Source: an uncultured bacterium (lineage in GTDB: Bacteria > Fidelibacterota > UBA2242 > JAFGTP01). From it: a stretch of 64,000 nucleotides of DNA. The notes beneath the pieces were generated by a model, which was not told the origin of the DNA, ran no database searches, and saw only the letters and a program-made list of their open reading frames with translations. The position numbers and the translations under genes were made by a program. The stretch lies in assembly GCA_964472715.1 (NCBI GenBank), contig CAYYMT010000001.1, positions 13,321 to 77,320 on the forward strand. The letters run 5' to 3'. This document shows, piece by piece, positions 1 to 9,518 of the stretch (the first letter of the stretch is position 1; the number at the start of each line of letters is the position of its first letter).

Positions 1-308
1 AACCCGGCAACACGAACATCTTTATTCAGATTAAGAATACAAATATCAGTTTCATGTCTTTTAAAATAGCGGGCAATTTTACCAACTTTAAAAGGAGCAA
101 AATCGGCTTTAATATCAAAAACCGTTGTTGACAATCCCGCCTTGGATGCACGATCCAAAAAAACAGACCCGTTTTTACCGGCAATAACAACATTATGACC
201 TCGCTTTGCCAGATTTTTACCAGCTGTCAGCATCCATTTTTCACCACCGCCCCATTTGTTTTTGCCGATGGAATTTGAAAACACGATGTTATAGGTTGAC
301 TTTTTCAT
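1..308 (-). CDS. Family-1 glycosyltransferase (GT4-like), N-terminal part; the gene continues past the window edge
   Basis: Reverse translation from an ATG at ~306-308 reads MKKSTYNIVFSNSIGKNKWGGGEKWMLTAGKNLAKRGHNVVIAG. This matches the GT4 N-terminal Rossmann fold. The frame is open to position 1 and overlaps the next GT4 gene by ~20 nt. Confidence 0.5.
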   Translation of the reverse strand, partial: MKKSTYNIVFSNSIGKNKWGGGEKWMLTAGKNLAKRGHNVVIAGKNGSVFLDRASKAGLSTTVFDIKADFAPFKVGKIARYFKRHETDICILNLNKDVRVAG

Positions 309-1377
309 AAAGAAGCCCTTTTTCAGTTGAATTGGTGAAGACCGATTCGATATCATCTAAAAATTTATCTAAAGTAAACTTTGTTTGTAAAGTAGTAATA
401 CCCTGAAAGCCAATTTCATTATATTTTTCAGGGTTCATTATTATGGCTTCCATTTCAGCTGCGAAACTATTCGGTTCCAGATTCACCAGAATGCCATTAA
501 TACCATGATTGATGGCTTCAGGAATACCTGCTGACCGGGCTGCGATAACCGGTTTTTTTACACTCCAGGCTTCCATCAGCACATTGGGAATGCCTTCATT
601 TCTGGAAGGAATCAAGACTGTATCACAATCTGCAAAATAGGATCGAATATCTTCAATAAATCCGTCGAACCTGACAAATTCTTCCAACTTATTTTCTTTG
701 CAATATCGTTGATATTGTCTTAAGTCCGGACCTATTCCGGCAATTTTAACGAGAAAATCACTGCGCCGATTGCTCAATTGTTTAATCGCCCGAAGCAGTA
801 TATCAAATCCTTTTTGAGGCGTTAACCGTCCGGCACAGGCAAATACATGAAAACTTTTACCTGTCTGTTTTATATCGTCTGAATATTCCGCGAAAGAATA
901 GCCATTATAAACTACATGTATTTTTGAATCTGCAATTACCCTATCTTTAATTAATTGCTGTTTAGCCTGGCTGGAATTACAAATAATACCCGATGGCAAA
1001 CTACCATAAATAACGCGTTGTAAAAATTTATACCCGGGCAAAGGTCGGACAATTCCCAAACGAAAATAGACCGGGATGTTCATTAGCCTGCCTACAATAC
1101 CGGCGATCCAATATTCTTTTCGCCGGGTGGGAATAATGAACTCCACATCATTTTCCAGCAGAATATTTATTAGTTTAAGGTAATCGAATATAACCAATTC
1201 ATGTTTTAGTTTTAATTTGTGATGAGTAATTTTTTCTGATAATTTATCATCAAATAATCTGCCCCTGCTGATAAAATGAATATTATGTCCCCGATCTGCC
1301 AGTGCATTCACAGTAGTTGCGGACCAGCGCTCATTTCCACCCCAGAATTTGCTTGAATTGATTATTAATATTTTCAT
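289..1377 (-). CDS. Family-1 (GT4) glycosyltransferase
   Basis: 362-aa ORF. N-terminal MKILIINSSKFWGGNERW is the GT4 N-domain. The C-terminal NEGIPNVLMEAWSVKKPVIA is an EX7E-type motif. Confidence 0.8.
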   Translation of the reverse strand: MKILIINSSKFWGGNERWSATTVNALADRGHNIHFISRGRLFDDKLSEKITHHKLKLKHELVIFDYLKLINILLENDVEFIIPTRRKEYWIAGIVGRLMNIPVYFRLGIVRPLPGYKFLQRVIYGSLPSGIICNSSQAKQQLIKDRVIADSKIHVVYNGYSFAEYSDDIKQTGKSFHVFACAGRLTPQKGFDILLRAIKQLSNRRSDFLVKIAGIGPDLRQYQRYCKENKLEEFVRFDGFIEDIRSYFADCDTVLIPSRNEGIPNVLMEAWSVKKPVIAARSAGIPEAINHGINGILVNLEPNSFAAEMEAIIMNPEKYNEIGFQGITTLQTKFTLDKFLDDIESVFTNSTEKGLLYEKVNL

Positions 1378-1577
1378 TATAAGAAATTACTATCTATATA
1401 TAAACTTATTGTAAACTTGTATTAAACAGTTTGAAAATGTTTGAATTCCATTCATTATGATCAATCTGGCAATTGATAATATAAAATCAAAATGGTGTTT
1501 GAATAGAATTGTTATGAAGGCATTATTTTAAAAATGATAGTTACAAACAAGAGTCGAGTACAATATGAATGAATCAC

Positions 1578-2453
1578 TCATATTTTGATATTTCTGAACC
1601 GCTGTCGTGATGTTTTGTCTTGCCCGGTGCTGTAAACAGTCTGCAATTCTTTTGCAAATTCCACAATATCATTATTTTCACTGCTATTTATATTCCGGTA
1701 AAAGACGGCCGGTGTTTTGGGGGCCGAAGAAAGAACGGTATCAAATTTTTCCAGGATTTCACATTCCGTGATATCTCTGGCAACGATGAACCAAAATCCG
1801 TTATCTTCGTCCAGAAAATGACGTCCGACATTCATAAGGTGCAGCGTATCTTCCGTGATCAATCCATATTCGAGGTATTTCCGGAAACGCGGTTTCAATC
1901 CTTTTTCACAGAGCAGACAGCCGCCACCGGGTGTTGGATAATGAAAATCCCCCAGTTCTTTCACCATATTCATTTGCTGCTCCCGGGACCGGCCGTGAAT
2001 TCCCATTTCCGCCAGAGGCCGCACGATGGGAAAATCCACATCATTGTCGATAATTTCCTGGGCCCGCCGTAATTGTGACATTGGCCGCTGTCCGGGAACC
2101 TCCCCTGTGGCCAGATAATCATAGCCATTTTCTTTGGCATACTGTTTGGCGCGCTCGAACATATAGATTTTACAGTCAATACAGGGATTGGCGCCGGCGC
2201 CGGTGCCATATTTCGGTTTTTTCATAATGGCAAGATAGTCCTGCAGTTCTTTTCCATGCCGGCAGTCAATTACTTTTAAATCAACCTTTTCATTTTTTAA
2301 AAATTCATCATTGATTTCCTTGTCGGAAATAAAGGGTAACCGGAAATGAATAGCCGTAACATCAACCGCTTTTTCTTTTAGTAATTTTATAATTAACCGT
2401 GAATCCAGGCCGCCGGAATAGAGGGCCAGGGCCTTATCTTTTTTATCAGTCAT
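1578..2453 (-). CDS. PP-loop ATP pyrophosphatase, ThiI-like tRNA sulfurtransferase family, no THUMP domain
   Basis: SGGLDS PP-loop near the N-terminus. YLATGEVPGQRPMSQ and PIVRPL resemble the ThiI C-terminal domain (ALVTGESLGQVASQT, PVLRPL). Cys motifs CIDCK and GGGCLLC are present. Only 291 aa, so there is no room for a THUMP domain. Confidence 0.5.
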   Translation of the reverse strand: MTDKKDKALALYSGGLDSRLIIKLLKEKAVDVTAIHFRLPFISDKEINDEFLKNEKVDLKVIDCRHGKELQDYLAIMKKPKYGTGAGANPCIDCKIYMFERAKQYAKENGYDYLATGEVPGQRPMSQLRRAQEIIDNDVDFPIVRPLAEMGIHGRSREQQMNMVKELGDFHYPTPGGGCLLCEKGLKPRFRKYLEYGLITEDTLHLMNVGRHFLDEDNGFWFIVARDITECEILEKFDTVLSSAPKTPAVFYRNINSSENNDIVEFAKELQTVYSTGQDKTSRQRFRNIKI

Positions 2454-2459
2454 GAAAAT

Positions 2460-4922
2460 TTAGGTCAATTCCTCGTCTATTTTGTTTTTCACTTCCTCTT
2501 TTAGATCCTCAACCTCTTTTCCCTCAGGCCGGATTGGGTCAAGATATTTAACTTCAATTTTCACACCGGGTCTCGGAAAATGTTTTCCACGGGGCAATGC
2601 TTTGAAAGCGCCGTCAATAGCCACCGGTACAATGGGAACATTCAGTTCAGCGGATAGGATTGCAAAGGTTTTCTTAAAATCATTGAGTTTACCATCAAAA
2701 GAGCGTGTTCCTTCCGGAAAAATGATAATATTTTTATCTTTGTGTATAACAGCGGCTAATTTTTGCAGGGAGCCTTTTAAATCATCATTGATGTCAACAA
2801 CAATGATATTGCTGGTGCGGGCCAGAAAGCGGATAAACCAATTCTTTACCCATCTCGCCTTGGCAAAGAAATAGGTTTCGCGCAACTGTTTTGTGCTGAG
2901 GCCTGAAACAACTAATACTCCGTCAAGAAAACTTTGATGATTGGGGGCCATGATGTAGGGCGGTTGGGGTAGTTTTTCAATATCTTTAATGGTAACTTTA
3001 AAATAGAGTTTCACGAAAAAACGGAGGATATTGCGCATGATCACGTGAGTGGCCCAACTCTTTGGCAATTTCACATCATGCACTTTTTCTTTGAACACAT
3101 CACTCAGATTCACCGCTTCATGTTTGATCTGTTTTGATTTGCTTTTAATGAATTCCGAAAGTTTATGCACGGTGGGATATTCTTTCAGATGAATTTCCTG
3201 AATATCAACATCAAAGGTTTTTTTGAGAAAAGTCTGCAGGCTGACCTTGTCCAGCGAATCCATACCCAGATCAAATTCCAGGTGGTCATTGGGAAATATC
3301 TTTTTCTCCAATTGACCGCGCATGAAATCACGAATGACAGAATACTCTTTAAATTCCGGCTCTTTGGTTTGGGATTCTTCTTTTTCTGAAATTCCCGGTA
3401 CCAGATCTTTGAGTTTGAAGCGTTTCAGTTTATCCAACCGTGTTTTGGGTAATTCTTCCTCAACAACAGTGATTTTTTTAATTTGCTTATAGGGTGCGAC
3501 ATTATCATTGAATTTACTGATGACCTCTTCCTGGATGTACTTCTTAAAGTCGGTAATTCCTTTTTCTGTTACTTTAGATTTATCAGGAGTGCATACCATT
3601 TGTAGTATGTCCTCATGCATGAATACACCAATTTCATTGATCGTATCCGTTAATTTCAAAATTTCGAATTCCAGGTTCACCGGATTGATGTTCTTGCCGT
3701 TCGGCAGTACAATAATCTCTTTTTTCCGGCCTGTGATAAAGAGATAACCGTCTTTGTCAATGTAACCAACATCGCCGGTATGCAGCCAGCCGTTGATGAT
3801 CGTTTCTTCGGTTTTTTCAGGAAGATTGTAATAACCTTTCATGACATTGGGGCCGCGATTGAGAATTTCTCCGTCAGCAGCAATTTTAATTTCATTGGAA
3901 CCCAGCGATTGACCGACCGCTCCAAAGCGCACTTTTCCCGGCCGGGGAAAGGTTATCATGGGGGCGGTTTCCGTCATTCCATAGCCGGACAATACTTCAA
4001 ACCCCAGGGTGAAAAATCCCTTTTCAACGCTTCGGTTCAAAGCGGCGCCACCGGAAACCATATATTTCAGATGTCCGCCAAATTTCTGATGAATGGTTTT
4101 AAAAACTTTTTTTGAGAAGGTCAGGGAATTGATCCTGCCCGCCAGTTTAAATAGTAATCCGGCAATCTTTTTCTGTTCAATTTTTGCTTTGATACCTTTA
4201 AATAATACGGTATAAAACCGGGGCACGCTGATTATTATAGTAACGTTATTATCATTCAGGGTTTTGACGATATCTTCGGATTCCAGGGTTGGTGTAAAAG
4301 CGACTGTTCCGCCTACATTAAGGGGACAGACAATACAGCCCAAAAGCGGCAATATATGATGCAATGGCAGCATCGCCAGCACTGTTTCATCCTTATTGAA
4401 TATCGGTACGTCTTGTGAGACTGCTTTGACATTAACCCGCAGGTTTTTAAAGGAAAGCATCACTCCTTTGGGACTGCCGGTAGTACCGGAAGAATATATA
4501 ATACAAGCGATATCCTCATCCTTTTTTTCCGGAAAATCTTCGGCTTCGATTTCATCAAAATCATTTTTCACTTCTTCGAATACAATGATTTCCGGTTTGA
4601 TATCCAATTTTTTGAGGGCTTTATTCAGGGTTTCACGATTTTTTTCAGAAGTAAAAATATAATTGGGTTCGCAATCATTCAGAATAAAGGCGACTTCATC
4701 GGGTTTGCTCAGAAAATCAATGGTTACCGGAATAGAATCACTCTTCCAGCAGGCGTAAAATGCATAAACCCATTCCAGCCGGTTTTCCGAAAAAATTGCG
4801 ATTCGCTGCCCTTCTTCCTTTTTAAATAGTTTTGTGTAATGGTCGATAGAAATTAAAAGATTGTTGTAATCAACCTTTTTTTCTCCATAAACTAGCGCTG
4901 TATTTTTACTTTTTTTGATCAC
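2460..4922 (-). CDS. Tri-domain acyl-activating protein: AMP-dependent synthetase/ligase, then an acyl-carrier domain, then a PlsC-type 1-acyl-sn-glycerol-3-phosphate acyltransferase (Aas-like, with rearranged domain order)
   Basis: 820 aa. The AMP-binding signature IIYSSGTTGSPKGVM is in the N-terminal third. A phosphopantetheine-site motif DLGMDSLDKVSL is at ~aa 555. The C-terminal LPLAT motifs are NHQSFLDG (HX4D) and FPEGTRS. Confidence 0.75.
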   Translation of the reverse strand: MIKKSKNTALVYGEKKVDYNNLLISIDHYTKLFKKEEGQRIAIFSENRLEWVYAFYACWKSDSIPVTIDFLSKPDEVAFILNDCEPNYIFTSEKNRETLNKALKKLDIKPEIIVFEEVKNDFDEIEAEDFPEKKDEDIACIIYSSGTTGSPKGVMLSFKNLRVNVKAVSQDVPIFNKDETVLAMLPLHHILPLLGCIVCPLNVGGTVAFTPTLESEDIVKTLNDNNVTIIISVPRFYTVLFKGIKAKIEQKKIAGLLFKLAGRINSLTFSKKVFKTIHQKFGGHLKYMVSGGAALNRSVEKGFFTLGFEVLSGYGMTETAPMITFPRPGKVRFGAVGQSLGSNEIKIAADGEILNRGPNVMKGYYNLPEKTEETIINGWLHTGDVGYIDKDGYLFITGRKKEIIVLPNGKNINPVNLEFEILKLTDTINEIGVFMHEDILQMVCTPDKSKVTEKGITDFKKYIQEEVISKFNDNVAPYKQIKKITVVEEELPKTRLDKLKRFKLKDLVPGISEKEESQTKEPEFKEYSVIRDFMRGQLEKKIFPNDHLEFDLGMDSLDKVSLQTFLKKTFDVDIQEIHLKEYPTVHKLSEFIKSKSKQIKHEAVNLSDVFKEKVHDVKLPKSWATHVIMRNILRFFVKLYFKVTIKDIEKLPQPPYIMAPNHQSFLDGVLVVSGLSTKQLRETYFFAKARWVKNWFIRFLARTSNIIVVDINDDLKGSLQKLAAVIHKDKNIIIFPEGTRSFDGKLNDFKKTFAILSAELNVPIVPVAIDGAFKALPRGKHFPRPGVKIEVKYLDPIRPEGKEVEDLKEEVKNKIDEELT

Positions 4923-5020
4923 AATTAAACTCCTCGTTATTAGTAAGATAGTATACGATTTATTTGGAAATGGTAAAAGAAGTTTTTCACCAGGAAATTG
5001 TAAAAGTATTGTAAAAGTAT

Positions 5021-5062
5021 AAAAAAAAACCGCGCAATTACGAATATCATAATTACGCGGTT
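5021..5062 (-). terminator. Rho-independent terminator for the beta-barrel gene
   Basis: On the minus strand there is an 11-bp stem (ccgcgcaatta / taattacgcgg, one mismatch) with a 9-nt loop, followed by U9. On the plus strand this is the A9 run at 5021-5029. It lies 24 nt past the stop at 5084. Confidence 0.6.
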
Positions 5063-5083
5063 AATGAATTGTTTTATAAAAAA

Positions 5084-6262
5084 TTAAAAACCTGTGGTGA
5101 GGCCTAATACAAACCGGTTGGCCTCATGTTCCATATCCATGGTGTATTCTCCGACAAGACGCAGATTGCGGGATAATAAATAGGTGGTGCTGAGGGTTGC
5201 GGAATGATAATCGGCATCATCCAGTTCAGAATCAATGCGATTATAAAGAAATGTGTAATAAAACCGTGAGCGGTCGTAATTTGGGCTGAAAATCAGTTCG
5301 GCAACAATACCATTGGTCATTATTTCATCACCATTCATAAACAGAGGATCGGAATCCCGGCGCATCAGTAACTGCCCGGTAAAGGCAAAGCGGTCATAGA
5401 CCATATTAACATCCGGTCCGTAATACAAAATTTCATTGGTCATATCTTTTGGCATTCCGGCAATATCCAGTTGGGCTTCTTTGCCGTAATAGACAAAACC
5501 GCCGACACCGATATTTTCACCGATTCCCTGGGCGATACGCAGGCCGAAATTTTTATATTTATCATTATCAAACATTTTTTCCGGGCCGGCGTGGGGTATG
5601 CCATTGCCGTTGACCACCATGGCGACTAAATCAGTGCCGGTTTTTTCAATGCCATAGGTCAAAATAATCCCGCGGTCATAGGCCAGAGTGGTTCCGGAAT
5701 TACCGATTTTTCGTTTATAGATCATATAATCTTCAAAAGTCAGCCGCAGTTCCCGTTTCATTAAGGGATCACAGGTTTGGAATTGCCCGACCATCAGATC
5801 CATTTCCAGTCCTTTGATATTATTAAAATGAATATATGCGTCTTCCAGCCCGGCCACTTCTCCCCTTTCTGAAAGATACATGTAGAAATAATAGCCAATA
5901 TTTTTGTATAATGAACCGCCGGACATCAATTTGACACCCCAGGGCGCCTGCAGATCATTTTTCACAGCGGTATTATCATCGGAAATGGCGTAAGCATCAA
6001 ACCGCACCGCCAGTGGAAAATCACGGCTGAGCCACATCAGATCATCACCGGCAGACACATAATCCCGCGCTCTTTCTTCTTCATCCAGTACAAATCCATT
6101 GCCGGCAAAATCATCACCATAGGGTTTTAACCTGGGAAAGGGATCATGACAGGTTGTGCAGGATATTTTATAACGCCGCGCAAAGGCCGGTATGGCATAA
6201 ACATTTTGCGCAATTAAAAACAACATCATAGTCACCATTAATAATAATTTAATTTTTCTCAT
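5084..6262 (-). CDS. Outer-membrane beta-barrel protein carrying an N-terminal CXXCH heme-binding motif (MtrB/PioB-like porin candidate)
   Basis: Signal peptide MRKIKLLLMVTMMLFLIAQNVYA, followed directly by ISCTTCHD. Alternating amphipathic beta-strand pattern throughout. C-terminal GLTTGF ends in Phe, which is the OMP sorting signature. Confidence 0.55.
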   Translation of the reverse strand: MRKIKLLLMVTMMLFLIAQNVYAIPAFARRYKISCTTCHDPFPRLKPYGDDFAGNGFVLDEEERARDYVSAGDDLMWLSRDFPLAVRFDAYAISDDNTAVKNDLQAPWGVKLMSGGSLYKNIGYYFYMYLSERGEVAGLEDAYIHFNNIKGLEMDLMVGQFQTCDPLMKRELRLTFEDYMIYKRKIGNSGTTLAYDRGIILTYGIEKTGTDLVAMVVNGNGIPHAGPEKMFDNDKYKNFGLRIAQGIGENIGVGGFVYYGKEAQLDIAGMPKDMTNEILYYGPDVNMVYDRFAFTGQLLMRRDSDPLFMNGDEIMTNGIVAELIFSPNYDRSRFYYTFLYNRIDSELDDADYHSATLSTTYLLSRNLRLVGEYTMDMEHEANRFVLGLTTGF

Positions 6263-6309
6263 ACTGTTCCTCCTTTAGTATAACCCTATTTTTTTCGATA
6301 ATGTTACAT

Positions 6310-7647
6310 TTAATCATAAACCAAAAATTCTGTTGATGTTTCATTCATAACCACGATTTCACTCTCTTCTTCCGGAACTTCCAGAAAATCCGCCACCGGT
6401 TTCACCAGTTTTTGGTAATTCAGTGAGGCCCGTACCTTTACTTTTCCAAAGGCGATGTCGTGAGGCATTTCCCAGGTAAAATTTTCGATTTTGGTTTCCC
6501 GCGGCCCAATTCTGTAGTCAACTCCCAGTGAGCGGGTGTTCCACTGCATGATCGTCATAACGCCATTCTGATCGAAGTAGGGCATGCGGAAAATTCGATT
6601 TCCTGTCGGAATGCCATCCCGCTGTACACCTTTGAAATCTTTTTTCCCCAAGGGAATTCCCATGTCTGTATAGGCCAGTTCATCGGCGGCAATTGTATAT
6701 TCTTCTCCGTCAAATCCTTTTTTGTCCACAGGTAAATGATATTCATTTCCGGCTTCGTCAGTAGCGGTTACATCGAGCCATAAAATCCTGTCCTCTACAG
6801 AACCGGTGGGTATCTTGTGTCCGGCTTTGGCATTGAATAATTCCACCTGTACTCTGACAACGCCGTCGTAGGGTACTTCCAGTTGATCACAATGCATGGA
6901 AATCTCAATTGCGCCGCGAAGTTTCGCCGGATTGTGAGCTCCCAGAAAAACATGTTGCGCCACCATTCCTTCCTTTGCCATGGGAGCGCTGCGACCCGGC
7001 GCTTTTGGCATATGGCAGGTAAAGCATTTTACACCTTCTTCGGCATAGGGGCCTTCCGCCCACTCTATTTGCGTGGATTTAACATAAATTCCGTAAGGAT
7101 TTTTTTCATTATGACAAGAGCCGCAAAGCTCGGTTTGACGGAACAGGGCATTTTCCTCTGTAATGTGATGGGGAGATTCCAGGCCCGGTTTCGCGCCGTA
7201 TTTAGTACGGCCGGGCTGTGATATCCAACTGAAATTCACGGCTTCACCGGAAATACCGGTCATGGTATGGCATATATCGCAGGAAACGCCTTCATTGGCG
7301 CGGGACCCTTCTTCGGGACGCGGCGGCGGTACATCTCCGGCCAGATAAGCAAGAGGCGCGTGACAACCATTACAATCATCCGCCACCGGTTTAAAAAAAT
7401 CATCCACTTCACCATGGGGAACAGCCAGATCAAAATATTCGATTTCATCCCAATGATGGGTAAAGGACTGCGACATCATGGAACGCTTCCACTGATAATA
7501 AATATCCACGTGGCAGCTGGCGCAGGCTTGTGGTTTTTCATACTGGCTGTATTGTTTTGACCCCTTGGCCTCTTCCCCGGCCGGCCATTCTTTGGCAAAT
7601 AATAATATGACTAATATCAGGGGAAGAAAGAGTATTATTTTTTTCAT
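6310..7647 (-). CDS. Secreted multiheme c-type cytochrome (five CXXCH motifs)
   Basis: CASCH, CNGCH, CDICH, CGSCH and CFTCH all fall in the N-terminal ~210 aa after a signal/TM segment. A ~240-aa non-heme domain follows. The likely start is the second Met, MKKIILFL, at 7647; the ORF track extends to 7671. Confidence 0.8.
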   Translation of the reverse strand: MKKIILFLPLILVILLFAKEWPAGEEAKGSKQYSQYEKPQACASCHVDIYYQWKRSMMSQSFTHHWDEIEYFDLAVPHGEVDDFFKPVADDCNGCHAPLAYLAGDVPPPRPEEGSRANEGVSCDICHTMTGISGEAVNFSWISQPGRTKYGAKPGLESPHHITEENALFRQTELCGSCHNEKNPYGIYVKSTQIEWAEGPYAEEGVKCFTCHMPKAPGRSAPMAKEGMVAQHVFLGAHNPAKLRGAIEISMHCDQLEVPYDGVVRVQVELFNAKAGHKIPTGSVEDRILWLDVTATDEAGNEYHLPVDKKGFDGEEYTIAADELAYTDMGIPLGKKDFKGVQRDGIPTGNRIFRMPYFDQNGVMTIMQWNTRSLGVDYRIGPRETKIENFTWEMPHDIAFGKVKVRASLNYQKLVKPVADFLEVPEEESEIVVMNETSTEFLVYD

Positions 7648-7878
7648 GATTTCCTCATCGCTTATTGGCACCTTTACTATAATAAGTATTTTATCTAACT
7701 AAAATCAAATAATCCCCCTTTTTTTTCTTTATAATTAAAATAATTACTAATAAAGGCTACAACGGTATTTGACAAACAGTTACCGGACAGACATGATAAA
7801 AGAGATGACTTTTAGGAGAGTCGCCGATTATTCTGTTGAAAGTTATCGGACTTTATTTTATATTGGACTATAAATATT

Positions 7879-8766
7879 ATGGGGACATTAATCATGAAAA
7901 AGAAATTACTGATCTTTTTTCAAATTTTAACACTGGTCATTATAATTTTATTGGCGATTTCTACTTTTTTCATTCAGCACCATGATCCGGCAAATTATAG
8001 TGATAATGCTATTGTCAGATTGTTATGTTTGGACCATTATTACAACTCCTGGCTGAATGTGAGCTTATTTATGCTCATGGCATTGCTGCTATTGTTTTCA
8101 CTCTTGAGTGGCGGAATAAAAAGTCGCTGCCAGCAAATATTACACATCACAATTTTAGGGTCATTTTTCATTATAATGTTTGATAAAGGTTTTAATCAGC
8201 GCACGATAGTACCCTTTCCTGAAAAAGAAACCATCAATTTTTCCGATATTATTAATGATCCCGATACGGACCATACAATTATCCTGGATAAATTTGAAAT
8301 CGATTTGCATACCGGTAGCCGGATGGTCAAAGCCTATGTCAGTCATTTGATCATCAATGAAATGGACACAGTACAATTGAAGGTGAACAAACCGGTCCAA
8401 ATCGGCAAATACAATCTCTACCAAAATGCCTATGACCGGGTACCTGTTTATGACTTAAAAATTAAGGATTATAATTATGGGATATCTCCTTTTGATACTT
8501 TATATGTGGATGGCAATCAAGTGTTTATTGACCTTTCGCAAGATTATAAACAGATGACCTTCCACTTCAATGAACAGGAACATGTCTTGTCGGTTAGAGG
8601 CGGACGCTTCCACATTGCGGAATTTCCGGTTGAAATTGAAATGGAGGGGATGAAGTATGTCAGCATTATTGAAGTCGCTGAAGTGCGTGGCATGGGGCTT
8701 TTGCTGATCTTTGGAATTGGCTATTTGATTTCCCTTGGCTATTGTTTTTGGAGGAAAAAATCATGA
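7879..8766 (+). CDS. ccsB: Cytochrome c biogenesis protein, ResB/CcsB-like (system II), short form
   Basis: N-terminal TM helices, a periplasmic domain and a C-terminal TM helix. The 3' end overlaps ccsA by 25 nt. It is divergent from the multiheme cytochrome. The assignment rests mostly on context. Confidence 0.45.
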   Translation: MGTLIMKKKLLIFFQILTLVIIILLAISTFFIQHHDPANYSDNAIVRLLCLDHYYNSWLNVSLFMLMALLLLFSLLSGGIKSRCQQILHITILGSFFIIMFDKGFNQRTIVPFPEKETINFSDIINDPDTDHTIILDKFEIDLHTGSRMVKAYVSHLIINEMDTVQLKVNKPVQIGKYNLYQNAYDRVPVYDLKIKDYNYGISPFDTLYVDGNQVFIDLSQDYKQMTFHFNEQEHVLSVRGGRFHIAEFPVEIEMEGMKYVSIIEVAEVRGMGLLLIFGIGYLISLGYCFWRKKS

Positions 8767-9518
8767 TCTATGAAACATATTTACTGCTGGCAGCCGCCTT
8801 TAGTTTTTTAATCGCGCTAATTTTTAGTATTAATCTGAACAAAGAATATACCGGCCGTGTGTTCATCTTTTTGGGAATTGCTTTGCAATTACTTTTGTTG
8901 ATCCTCCGATCTTATTACGCCAAGCATCCGCCTTTTACCAACCTTTATGAAACAATGATTCTGCTGCCTTTCCTCTTTTCCCTGCGATTGGTTTTCTGGA
9001 AGGAACAGGTGAAAGGCAATATTCAATATGGCGTAATTGGTATCATTCTGTTGCTGGATGTTATCGCCATCATGATGCCGGAACATTTGAAAATCATCAA
9101 ACCCCTGATGCCGGCCTTGAATAGTTTCTGGATGTATATCCATGTTCCCGCCTATTTTATTGCTTACGCTTCGATGCTGGTTGCCACAGTACTGGCAATA
9201 TTATTACTGGCACGCAAAGATGACCGGAATATACTGGCAAAAAAACTGGATGGCGAGGTTAAAATCGCTTTCTTCTTTCTGAATGCCGGTATGATCACCG
9301 GCGCCATCTGGGCCTATTATAGTTGGGGAACTTACTGGGGTTGGGATCCTAAGGAGGTTTGGTCGCTGATCAATATTTTGGTGCTCTCTTATTATTTTCA
9401 TATCAATAAAAAAGGGGTAATACCCAAAGCCGTCATTGTGATTATAACCTTACTGACGATTATTTTTACTTATATTGGTGTGACTTTTATTTTACCGGGA
9501 CTGCATAGTTATACATAA
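8742..9518 (+). CDS. ccsA: Cytochrome c-type biogenesis protein CcsA/ResC (system II heme handling)
   Basis: Polytopic membrane protein with the tryptophan-rich WWD motif WGTYWGWDPKEVWSL. Confidence 0.8.
   Translation: MFLEEKIMIYETYLLLAAAFSFLIALIFSINLNKEYTGRVFIFLGIALQLLLLILRSYYAKHPPFTNLYETMILLPFLFSLRLVFWKEQVKGNIQYGVIGIILLLDVIAIMMPEHLKIIKPLMPALNSFWMYIHVPAYFIAYASMLVATVLAILLLARKDDRNILAKKLDGEVKIAFFFLNAGMITGAIWAYYSWGTYWGWDPKEVWSLINILVLSYYFHINKKGVIPKAVIVIITLLTIIFTYIGVTFILPGLHSYT

Noticed and set aside
1620-2209. Plus- and minus-strand ORFs (150 aa and 79 aa) nested inside the ThiI-like gene. Similar antisense or nested ORFs recur throughout the track, for example 2482-2874, 3780-4115, 14514-15020, 42385-42996, 45470-46078, 48322-48951, 56006-56416 and 59733-60308.
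   Set aside because: They lie entirely within, or antisense to, ORFs with strong family motifs. They have low-complexity or stop-adjacent composition and no RBS. These are typical shadow ORFs.
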